Below are positions 40,653 through 48,876 of a stretch of 64,000 nt of DNA, one piece after another (position 1 is the first letter of the stretch; each line of letters starts with the position of its first letter). Under the pieces are notes generated by a model. That model was given only the letters and a program-made list of their open reading frames with translations, searched no databases and was not told where the DNA came from. This DNA is from an uncultured Gemmatimonadales bacterium. GTDB lineage: Bacteria > Gemmatimonadota > Gemmatimonadetes > Gemmatimonadales > Gemmatimonadaceae. The position numbers and the translations under genes were made by a program. Location of the stretch: the NCBI GenBank assembly GCA_963851265.1, contig CAWKNZ010000002.1, positions 1 through 64,000 of the forward strand, given 5' to 3'.

Positions 40653-41459
40653 TCACTTCGACGCCGACCCGGGTTCCGCCATCTTCCGGTGCTGCTCCGC
40701 CTTCAGCGGCTCGGGGACGAGTTCGGCGAGCACGCCCTGGATCTTCGTCTTCAGCGACTCGGCGATCACGTGGTCCTTGCCGGCCACCATCGCCTCGAAG
40801 CCCATCCGCGCCACCTCGGCCGCGTCGTCCTTCTTCGAGCTGCCGACCTTCGTGTCCTCCATGTCGGCGCGGTGGAAGAAGTTCGTCTCGGTCGCGCCCG
40901 GCTGCAGCGCGGTCACGGTCACGCCCGTGTCCTTCAGCTCGTTACGGATCGCTTCGGAGAAGCTGTGCACGAACGCCTTCGACGCGTTGTAGACCGCCTG
41001 GAATGAGCCCGGCATCAGCGCGGCGATCGACGACGTGAACAGCACCTTCCCCTCGCCGCGCGCGACCATGCCGGGCAGCAGGCGGTAGGCGAGGTGCACC
41101 GTCGACCGCACGTTCAGATCGATGAGCTCGAACACGCGGTCGAGGTCCTGGTCGAGGAACGCGCCGCCGAGGCCGACGCCCGCGTTGAGCGCGATCGCGT
41201 CGGGCGTGCGCCCGTCCGCGGCGAAGCGACCCGCGAGGCGCTCGACGCCGTCGCGCGTGGCGAGGTTCACCTGCACTGGCTCGACCGTCGCGCCACCAGC
41301 GCGGAGTTCGGCGGCGGCCTCTTCGATCCCCGCGTCCTCGGCGGCGATCACGAGGTCGTAGCCGTGCGCGACGAACTGCTTGGCGAGCTCGAGCCCGATG
41401 CCGCTCGACGCGCCGGTGACGACGGCGAGGGGACGACCGGTAGAATTCGTGGTAGCCAT
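40653..41459 (-). CDS. SDR family oxidoreductase
   Basis: TGASSGIG, NAG, YNASK. Confidence 0.93.
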   Translation of the reverse strand: MATTNSTGRPLAVVTGASSGIGLELAKQFVAHGYDLVIAAEDAGIEEAAAELRAGGATVEPVQVNLATRDGVERLAGRFAADGRTPDAIALNAGVGLGGAFLDQDLDRVFELIDLNVRSTVHLAYRLLPGMVARGEGKVLFTSSIAALMPGSFQAVYNASKAFVHSFSEAIRNELKDTGVTVTALQPGATETNFFHRADMEDTKVGSSKKDDAAEVARMGFEAMVAGKDHVIAESLKTKIQGVLAELVPEPLKAEQHRKMAEPGSASK

Positions 41460-41615
41460 CAGTTGCTCCTGAAAGTTCGGGAAACGAACGGTGGAGCGCC
41501 CGCCTGTGGCAAACCCGGCGCCGCCGCGGCGGCCACCGACGGAGTTCCGTCCGACATCGGCAGAGTGGTGGACCGCCGGTGAGCAACGTCGATCCGTGGG
41601 CCGTCCGGCAGCCGA

Positions 41616-41670
41616 GCGCGCGACGAACTCAGGCGCGCGACGAACTCACGCGCGCGACGAACTCAGGCGC
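41616..41670. repeat. 17-bp tandem repeat x3
   Basis: GCGCGCGACGAACTCA(G/C) at 41616, 41633, 41650. Confidence 0.85.
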
Positions 41671-42259
41671 CCAACGCCGCCAGCCCCGCGGCGAGCAGCC
41701 GGTCGAACTCCGCTTCGAGCGCCGCGTTCGTGCCGCGGCACCCGTCGATCACCTCGGCGCTCCAGCGCAGGTAGGCGACGCGGCGCTCCTCCGACCAACC
41801 GACCGGCGGCGCGTGCGTGACGTCGCGCACGTTGCAGATCTTGTCGCCGAGCTTGACGAGCCTGGCCGCATGCGAGGCCGCGCGCGCGTGCACGACCTGC
41901 AACCGCTTGCGCTCGGTCTTGGGCAGCAACTTGTCGTCGGTGACCTCGGCCACCACGCCGCGCACCGCGGGCCCGAACCGGCGTTCGATCTCGTCGAGGG
42001 TCGTCTCGGTGTCCTCGACCGTGTCGTGCAACACGGCCGCGGCGAGTGTGTCGGCGTCGGTCACGCCACCGACCGTCGCGAGCACGGCCGCGACCGCGAT
42101 GCAGTGGTTGATGTACGGCGAGTCCTCGCCGTCCTTGCGACGCTGCCGGCGGTGGCGCTCCGCGGCGAAGTCGAGCGCGGCAAACACCTGCGCGGCGAAT
42201 GCGCCGCGGGACGTCGCGTCCGACGGGACGGCGGCAGTGGCGAGCGAGTCGCGCGTCAT
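41663..42259 (-). CDS. Mesh1-like HD-domain (p)ppGpp hydrolase (small alarmone hydrolase)
   Basis: [36 protein letters not shown]. Confidence 0.88.
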   Translation of the reverse strand: MTRDSLATAAVPSDATSRGAFAAQVFAALDFAAERHRRQRRKDGEDSPYINHCIAVAAVLATVGGVTDADTLAAAVLHDTVEDTETTLDEIERRFGPAVRGVVAEVTDDKLLPKTERKRLQVVHARAASHAARLVKLGDKICNVRDVTHAPPVGWSEERRVAYLRWSAEVIDGCRGTNAALEAEFDRLLAAGLAALGA

Positions 42260-42537
42260 GCGGTGCAACGTACGCGGCGCCAGGGTGATTTGTGCCCGCA
42301 TGCGCCGATGGCGCGGTGTGGGGGTTGACAACGATTCCGGGCGCGTGTTGGTTGGGCGTCCTGGGAGTCGCGTCCCGATGTGTGTACGAGTCGTGGGCCC
42401 CGCGTGTGAACGCGGCGGCGCACCCTCGCCCCGCTGCGCAGCGTGCGCCGGGCCACCATCGGCACGCGACTTTCGTGTTTCCGGCCCCTGCGGGATCGCG
42501 CCGCGGCCGCCTCGCCCCTTTCCCACACCCCACGTCC

Positions 42538-42693
42538 ATGCCCAACGCCAGCTCGCAGCTGCGACTCCGACCGGCCCTCGCCGGTCGCGGCGGCGCGCGC
42601 GAATGCGAGCCGACGATGTCGGGCGCGGCCCGAAGCACGTGGTGCCCGCGTCGACGCGGTACAGGTACGGACCCGGAGCGGCGCGCGCCCTAG
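42538..42693 (+). CDS. Putative leader peptide (uORF) ending [11 protein letters not shown]
   Basis: ATG 42538 to TAG 42693, directly followed by a terminator-like hairpin. Confidence 0.4.
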   Translation: MPNASSQLRLRPALAGRGGARECEPTMSGAARSTWCPRRRGTGTDPERRAP

Positions 42694-42722
42694 CGCCCCG
42701 CCCCGCCTTCCCGGGAGCGACT

Positions 42723-42763
42723 CGCCCCGCCTGTGCCCCGCGCCAGGCGGGGCGCTTTCGTGT
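42723..42763 (+). terminator. Putative attenuator/terminator hairpin
   Basis: CGCCCCGCCTG-10nt-CAGGCGGGGCG followed by CTTTCGTGT. Confidence 0.55.
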
Positions 42764-42880
42764 CCGCCCGGCGCATCCGCGCCGGGCGCGATCCGGACTA
42801 ACGCCGTTTCCCGCATTCCACTCGGGGGTGCGCGCTGACCGACCACCGAAACGCCAACACGGGCAACACAGCACAGCACA

Positions 42881-42978
42881 GTGGTCCGCCGTCGGCCGGC
42901 GGGTCGGGCGGTCGCGCGGACGGACACGCGACTCCCCCCGCCCGGCCGTCCCGCCCCGTCGCGCCGGCGGCGGACCAC
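42881..42978 (+). ncRNA. Putative structured RNA (long rod hairpin) in the Ro60/rtcB leader
   Basis: GTGGTCCGCCGTCGGC pairs with GCCGGCGGCGGACCAC (16 bp, one G-U); nested inner helices. Confidence 0.4.
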
Positions 42979-42983
42979 CCCTC

Positions 42984-43123
42984 GAGCCCTGGCTCGGCGG
43001 CCAGAGCGCCACGCCGCGCCATCCGCTCGTACGCGCGCCGCGCAGTCGGCCAACGGGCCGAGCAGTGAGGCCGATCGACCCGGGATCGGGAGGTCGCGGG
43101 GTCGTATCCCGCCGGGCCCATCA
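42984..43123 (+). ncRNA. Degenerate tRNA-like (Y RNA/YrlA-like) element
   Basis: D arm GCTC-GGCGGCCA-GAGC; AGGTC variable loop; T arm GCGGG-GTCGTAT-CCCGC; 3' acceptor CGGGCCC-A-TCA; lies just upstream of a Ro60 gene. Confidence 0.6.
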
Positions 43124-43206
43124 CGTACCTCGTACCGCACCACCCGCCCGCGCGCACCCCGTGCCCGAGGGCGTTCCACCACGCCCACATCACGGAGGGC
43201 GAGCAG

Positions 43207-43793
43207 ATGATCGATTTCACGCAGCACGTCGCGACGCGCCTCCGGCGCTTCGCTTACGGGATCGCCGGGGCCACCCCGCGGCGCGACCCCGTTCCGGGCA
43301 GCGCGCAGCGGCCGGACGCGGCCGGCGCCTACGCCTGGCGCATCACCGACTGGCAGCGGCTCGACCGGTTCCTGCTCCTCGGGAGCACCGGCGGGACGTT
43401 TCACGTCGGCGCACGGCCGCTCACCCGCGAGGCCGCCGGGGCGGTGGAGCGCTGCCTAACCCAGGACGGCCCTCGCGTGGTGGCCCGCGCCGCGCTACCA
43501 CGCGTGGCGCGCACGGGCACACACCGCTTTCGCAGGTCGACGCGTTCGTGGTCTTCACGGACGACCTGACGCGGGTCGGCCCGGTCCGCCCCGCGGGGGC
43601 GCTCCGGCGGTACCGCGAGCGCACGGGGATCGCCGCGACGCTCGTCGCCGTGGGGATGGCGTCTAACGGCTTCGCGATCGCGGACCCCGACGACGGAGGC
43701 ATGATGGACGTCGTCGGGTTCGACGCCGCGGTGCCCGGCGTGATCGCGGCCGTCGCGCCGGGCGTGGGCGCAGGGGATCACGCCGACCCGTGA
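43207..43793 (+). pseudogene. rsr: Ro60/TROVE (Rsr) pseudogene with a large internal deletion and frameshift
   Basis: N-term AGAYAWRITDWQRLDRFLLLGSTGGTF...DGPRVV; C-term in another frame VDAFVVFTD...YRERTGI...GMASNGFAIADPDDGGMMDVVGFD. Confidence 0.85.
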
Positions 43794-43916
43794 CCGGCCG
43801 GACATGGACGGGCCGGGGTGCCCCCGACCGGGGGTACGCCGGTCCGACCGCCGCGCCGCTCGCCGGCTTCTCTCAACACCGCATTCCAGTCGACCCGTTC
43901 CTTTCTTCTTGTTCTT

Positions 43917-45149
43917 ATGAAGATCTTCGGCCAGCATGAACCGGCCACCCTCGCCCAGCTCGCCGACGTCCGCTCGCGCGCCGCCGAGGCCGCGCTCATG
44001 GCCGACGGCCACGTCGGCTACGTCATGCCCATCGGCGGCGTCGCCGCGTACCGCGACCAGGTCTCGGTCGTCGGCGTCGGCTTCGACATCGCGTGCGGCA
44101 ACGCCGCGATCCGCACCGACCGTACGCTCGCCGACCTCGGTGGCACGCACGAGGCGCAGCGGGCCGCGCTGTCGGACCTCGCCGACGCGATCCACGCGAC
44201 CGTGAGCTTCGGGGTGGGCCGCAAGAACTCGTCGGACGACGCGCCGGTGGACCACCCGCTGTTCGAGGACGCGGCATGGGACGCGGTGCCCGCGACGCAC
44301 CGCCAGGCGCTGCGTACCAAGGCGCGCCAGCAGCTCGGCACGGTCGGCAGCGGCAATCACTACGTCGACGTGTTCGCCGACGAGACGGGCGCGCTCTGGG
44401 TCGGCGTGCACTTCGGCAGCCGCGGCTTCGGCCACACCGTCGCCTCGGCGTTCCTCGCCCTCGGGCAGGGCAAGCGCTGGGACGAGCGCGCCCCGGAGCG
44501 CGAGGTGCTCCTCGAACTTGGCGCGCCGTTGGGCCACGACTACTGGCACCTGATGGCGCTCGCCGGTCGCTACGCGTACGCGGGACGCGAGTGGGTCGCG
44601 CGCAAGGTGGTCGCGCTGATCGGCGGGCGCGAGGTCGAGTTGATCCACAACCACCACAACTTCGCCTGGCGCGAGGAACACGACGTCGGCGACGGCGTCG
44701 AGCCCGTGGTCGTCGTCCGGAAGGGCGCGACGCCGGCCTTTCCCGGACAGTTCGGTTTCATCGGTGGCTCGATGGGCGACGACGCGGTGATCGTCCGCGG
44801 AGTCGCCGGGGTGGACGAGCCCACCGCGGCCGCGCAGCGCGGCGCGCTCTACTCGACGGTGCACGGCGCGGGGCGCGTCATGTCGCGCACGGCGGCCGCA
44901 GGCAAGCGCAACCGAAAGACCGGGCAGCTGATCACCCCGGGGCGGATCAGTCCGGAGATGATGCACGACTGGCTGTCGGACCGCGGCGTCATCCTTCGCG
45001 GCGGAGGGCTGGACGAAGCCCCGCAGGCGTACCGCCGGTTGCCCGAGGTACTCACGGCGCAGGAGGGGACGATCGAGGTCGTGCACACGCTCACGCCGTT
45101 GGTGGTCGCGATGGCGCGGGAGAAGGAGTTCGACCCGTACAAGGATTGA
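43917..45149 (+). CDS. rtcB: RtcB RNA ligase
   Basis: MADGHVGY, GFDIACG, GTVGSGNHY, VHFGSRG, HNHHN, STVHGAGR, DEAPQAYR. Confidence 0.95.
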   Translation: MKIFGQHEPATLAQLADVRSRAAEAALMADGHVGYVMPIGGVAAYRDQVSVVGVGFDIACGNAAIRTDRTLADLGGTHEAQRAALSDLADAIHATVSFGVGRKNSSDDAPVDHPLFEDAAWDAVPATHRQALRTKARQQLGTVGSGNHYVDVFADETGALWVGVHFGSRGFGHTVASAFLALGQGKRWDERAPEREVLLELGAPLGHDYWHLMALAGRYAYAGREWVARKVVALIGGREVELIHNHHNFAWREEHDVGDGVEPVVVVRKGATPAFPGQFGFIGGSMGDDAVIVRGVAGVDEPTAAAQRGALYSTVHGAGRVMSRTAAAGKRNRKTGQLITPGRISPEMMHDWLSDRGVILRGGGLDEAPQAYRRLPEVLTAQEGTIEVVHTLTPLVVAMAREKEFDPYKD

Positions 45150-45201
45150 TGCAGGCGCGGAACGGGACTCGTCGACGTCGCCCGCGCTCCTACCTTCCGG
45201 T

Positions 45202-46329
45202 GTGCCGCGCCGCCCCCAACTCCGCCCCGCCCTCGCGCCGGACCACCTCCGCCACGCCACCTACTCACCCAGCACGTCCGCACGCCGCCGCGTCCTCCTC
45301 GCCGAGGTGACCGCGGCGTGCGCGCCCCTCCCGGGCACCTACCGGATGCTCGGCGCGACCGGCATCGTGATCTACGTCGGCAAGGCGAAGCGCCTGCGCC
45401 CGCGACTCCTGTCCTACTTTCGCGCCGCGCAGAACAACCGCCGTCGCGACAAGCAGGCGCGCATCCTCCGCCACGCGCACGCCATCGAGTGGGAGTACGC
45501 GCACAGCGAGTTCGCCGCCCTGCTGCGCGAGATGCGACTCATCAAGCAGTACCGCCCCCGGTTCAACATCCTGCTCAACACCGACGAGGCTCCGCGCGGC
45601 TGGCTCGCCTTGAGCGGCGGGTCCGTCCCCTCGCTCCGCATGGTGCTGCGGAGCGACGCCGAGGACGCGCCCGTGCTGTACGGACCCTTTCGGCGGCTGC
45701 ACGAGTTGACCGACGCCGCGCGCGCCCTCGCCGACGCGACCGGCCTGCGCGACTGCGGCGCCGTCCGTCCCGACCCCGCGTGTCTGCGCGCCCAACTCGG
45801 CGCGTGCGCCTGCCCCGGGCGCGCCGCGGGCGCGACGCCCGACGACTACGCGCGCCGCGTCGCGGTCGCGCGCGACTTCCTCGCCGGGCGCACGCGGGCG
45901 CCGCTCGACGTTCTGACCGGGCGCATGACCGAGGCCGCCGACGCGCTGCAGTTCGAGCGCGCGGGCGTCATCAAGCGCAAGCGCGACGCGCTCGCGTGGC
46001 TCGCCGGGCGGCTCGAGCGCTTTCACGCGGGCGCCGACCGCCTGACGTTTCGCTACCGCTCGCTCGGCCACGACGGTACCGAACGCGTGTACCTCGTGCG
46101 CCGCGGCACCGTGCGCGCCGACCTGGCCGCGCCCGCGTCGCCCGACGAGGTGGCCGCGCTCGACGCGCTCGCCGCGCGCGTGTTTTCGGCGCCCGACGTG
46201 ACCGACGCCGACGTGCCCACGCACGACCTCGACGAGTTCTACCTCGTCGCGAGCTGGTTCCGCCGCCACCCCGAGGAACTCGCGCGCGTCGCACGCCCCG
46301 ACGTGGACGGCCCGGCGCGGCCGGCCTAA
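45202..46329 (+). CDS. GIY-YIG nuclease with UVR domain (UvrC N-terminal/Cho-like)
   Basis: PGTYRM...IYVGKAKRLRPRLLSYF, SEFAALLRE, PRFN, MTEAADALQFERA. Confidence 0.85.
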   Translation: MPRRPQLRPALAPDHLRHATYSPSTSARRRVLLAEVTAACAPLPGTYRMLGATGIVIYVGKAKRLRPRLLSYFRAAQNNRRRDKQARILRHAHAIEWEYAHSEFAALLREMRLIKQYRPRFNILLNTDEAPRGWLALSGGSVPSLRMVLRSDAEDAPVLYGPFRRLHELTDAARALADATGLRDCGAVRPDPACLRAQLGACACPGRAAGATPDDYARRVAVARDFLAGRTRAPLDVLTGRMTEAADALQFERAGVIKRKRDALAWLAGRLERFHAGADRLTFRYRSLGHDGTERVYLVRRGTVRADLAAPASPDEVAALDALAARVFSAPDVTDADVPTHDLDEFYLVASWFRRHPEELARVARPDVDGPARPA

Positions 46330-46392
46330 CCGGCGCCCGCGCTCGCGGGTATGATGGCCGTGAGCAACCACCCCGCCCCCCGCGATCCCGCC

Positions 46393-47541
46393 ATGCGCCG
46401 TCTTCCGCCCGCCGCACTCCTCGTCGCCGTTCCGGCCCTCGCCGCGGCGCAACCCGCCGAGCGCGCCGCGTTCGTCGTCACCCTCGGCCGCGATACCGTG
46501 GCCGCCGAACAGTTCACCCGGCGCGGCAACGTCGTCGAGGGCGACGTCATGACGCGGCAGCCGCAGGTGCGGGTGACGCACTACACCGTCACGCTCGACG
46601 CGCAGGGCCGGCCCGCGTCGGTCGAGACCCGCACGCGCAACGCCGACGGCTCCGCCGTGCCGCGCGCCGCGACCGGCGCGACCGGCACGTTCCGCGGCGA
46701 CAGCGTCAGCTACGACATCCGCTTCGCCGACAGCGTCGCCCACCGGCGCGTGGCCGCGCCGGCGGGCACGCTGCCCAACATCAACGGCTCGTACGCGATG
46801 TACGAGACCGCCACGCGGCGCATGCGCGCCGCCGGCGTGACGCGCGACACCGTGCGCCTCGTTTCGCCCGGAGCGCCGCGCGCCGCCGCACTCCCCATCA
46901 CCCTCGCCGGCGACAGCGCGCAGCTCGACTACTTCGGGGACCCCGTGACCATGCGCCTCGACGGTGCGGGGCGGATCCAGCGCGTGGACGGGACGCACAC
47001 CACCAACAAGGTGATCGCCTCGCGCGTCGCCGCGGTCGACGTGGCCGGGCTCGCGGCGCGCTACGCCGCGGCCCCGGCGATGGGCGCGGCGTCGCCGCTC
47101 GACAGCGTGCGCGCGTCCATCGGCGCGGCGGACGTCGCGGTGGTCTACAGCCGGCCCTCGGTGCGCGGGCGCACCGTCTGGGGCGGCGTGCTCGTGCCTT
47201 ACGGCACCTGGTGGCGCACCGGCGCCAACGCGGCGACGGCGTTCCGCACCACCGCGGACCTCGCCGTCGGCGGCACGCGCGTGCCGGCGGGCAGCTACAC
47301 GCTCTTCACGCTCCCGACCCCGGCGGGCACGCAGCTCATCATCAGCAAGAAGACCGGCGAGTGGGGCACCGACTACGACGCCACGCAGGACCTCGCGCGC
47401 GTCCCGCTCACCGTCACCCCGCTCACCGCGCCCGTCGAGCAGTTCACGATCGCGCTACGGCCCACCGGCGCGGACGCGGGCGTGCTGCGCATGCAGTGGG
47501 GCGACCGCGAACTGTCGGTGCCCGTCGCCGTCGCGCACTGA
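46393..47541 (+). CDS. Secreted DUF2911-domain protein
   Basis: ASP...YSRPSVRGR..WG..VPYG.WRTGANAAT...GSYTLFTLP. Confidence 0.85.
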   Translation: MRRLPPAALLVAVPALAAAQPAERAAFVVTLGRDTVAAEQFTRRGNVVEGDVMTRQPQVRVTHYTVTLDAQGRPASVETRTRNADGSAVPRAATGATGTFRGDSVSYDIRFADSVAHRRVAAPAGTLPNINGSYAMYETATRRMRAAGVTRDTVRLVSPGAPRAAALPITLAGDSAQLDYFGDPVTMRLDGAGRIQRVDGTHTTNKVIASRVAAVDVAGLAARYAAAPAMGAASPLDSVRASIGAADVAVVYSRPSVRGRTVWGGVLVPYGTWWRTGANAATAFRTTADLAVGGTRVPAGSYTLFTLPTPAGTQLIISKKTGEWGTDYDATQDLARVPLTVTPLTAPVEQFTIALRPTGADAGVLRMQWGDRELSVPVAVAH

Positions 47542-47794
47542 CGTTTCCGGATCGCACGGTCTGGGGGCTCCCGACGCGGCGGTCCGGGCCCCCGGCCGTT
47601 GGCTCGCGTCCGATCCGGCAGCGCGCGGCTCGTCGGCGCACGTCCGGTCCGCCGCCCTGCGGACGGACCGGGCGCGCAGGGTGCGGAGCGGGCGAGTGGG
47701 CATCGGCGGGGGCTGGGCGGGGGCGCGGGCGGCGCCTAACAGGCGGCCGGCGCCGGGCCCCCCGCGCGGCGGCGCGCCGGCACGTCCCGAAACG

Positions 47795-47835
47795 CACTCG
47801 GCGCCGCCCGCGGGAGTCGCGGGCGGCGCCGAGTG
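47795..47835. terminator. 18-bp hairpin between convergent genes
   Basis: CACTCGGCGCCGCCCGCG-GGAGT-CGCGGGCGGCGCCGAGTG. Confidence 0.6.
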
Positions 47836-47857
47836 GCACGGAGCGTCGGTCGAGCGA

Positions 47858-48091
47858 TCAGGACGGCTTCTTCATGCTGGACGAGTCGGACATCATCGCC
47901 TTCCGCTTCGACGAACGATGACGGCGGCTGTGCTTCTTCATGCTCCCGGACTTCATCGACGACGAGTCCTGCATCGACGAGCCACCCATCGCCGAGCCGG
48001 AGGCCGGCTGCTGGGCGCCGGTGGCCGGCTGCTGGGCCGCGGCGGTGCCCGCCACGAGGGCGAGGGCGGCGAACGCGAGACGAGCCTTCAT
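47858..48091 (-). CDS. Small secreted Ser/Met/Lys-rich protein
   Basis: MKARLAFAALALVAGTAAA signal; low-complexity body; RBS GGAG. Confidence 0.7.
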   Translation of the reverse strand: MKARLAFAALALVAGTAAAQQPATGAQQPASGSAMGGSSMQDSSSMKSGSMKKHSRRHRSSKRKAMMSDSSSMKKPS

Positions 48092-48561
48092 GCGAGTGCT
48101 CCGTGTAGGAAAGATGGTGCGGGCGCGTGCGCGGGTTCCGCTCGCCGGTGAGCGGCTGTGCACGCGTCGCCTACGCTACAGTCGACCGCGCGCGCGCGCC
48201 AGAGGCCGCCGCGCAGGAACGCTCGCCGATTGGGGATCGGGGGCGCGGTGAGACGCGCGCCTCGTGCATCGCCGCACGATCGCGGCCGGCCGCCGCTCGT
48301 CTTGCGCAGGGCGCGCGCACGGCGCCCGATCGTCCGCGATCTGCGTTGCGCGAACGCCGGGACCGGCGTCGATACGCGGTCCGACGTGCGGCGCGGCGCC
48401 GTATGCGTGTCCCGACGCGTGGTGCGACGCCGTGGGACGCGGTGCGACGTGGGGCCGTGCGGCAGTGCGCGGCGGTGTGCCGGCGTTCGCGCGCGACGTG
48501 CTCGGTCGCATCGCAGCGATCGCTGCGACGTGAGAAGTCGCGTGAGGCGGCGTGCGGTCGG

Positions 48562-48608
48562 CGGCGTGCGACGGCGTGCGACGGCGTGCGACGGCGTGCG
48601 ACGGCGTG
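48562..48608. repeat. 10-bp tandem repeat (CGGCGTGCGA) x~4.7
   Basis: Direct reading of the sequence. Confidence 0.9.
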
Positions 48609-48660
48609 AGGCACACGGCCGTGGAGATGGGCACGGACGCGACGAATTCGTGCGCGCGCC

Positions 48661-48689
48661 TTGACTGTTGCGTCGCCGACGCTTATCAC
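48661..48689 (+). promoter_or_regulatory. Putative sigma70-like promoter
   Basis: TTGACT-17nt-TATCAC. Confidence 0.4.
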
Positions 48690-48806
48690 GTCGTCACGCG
48701 GAGTCGTGTTGCGCGCGGCGACGCGCGGCCCGGCGTCGCGCGACGACCGCGCGCACGACGCGAGCACTGCATTGGTCGCGTTCTGAATCGAACACGAGCG
48801 GTACGG

Positions 48807-48821
48807 GGCACGCGGCGTGCA
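48807..48821 (+). promoter_or_regulatory. Putative sigma54 promoter
   Basis: GGCACGCGGCGTGCA = GG-N10-GC, about 56 nt upstream of ATG 48877. Confidence 0.5.
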
Positions 48822-48876
48822 AGGTGTGACCGGCAGTCCGTCGAATACTGTCCTGAGGCGCGCATAGGAGGCGCTC

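Noticed and set aside
42984..43123. Functional tRNA gene
   Set aside because: Mutated T loop, imperfect acceptor stem, no CCA and no normal anticodon arm; kept only as a tRNA-like element
48562..48608. Possible CRISPR array (also 41616-41670 and 51725-51767)
   Set aside because: Short tandem repeats without unique spacers; no cas genes in the window
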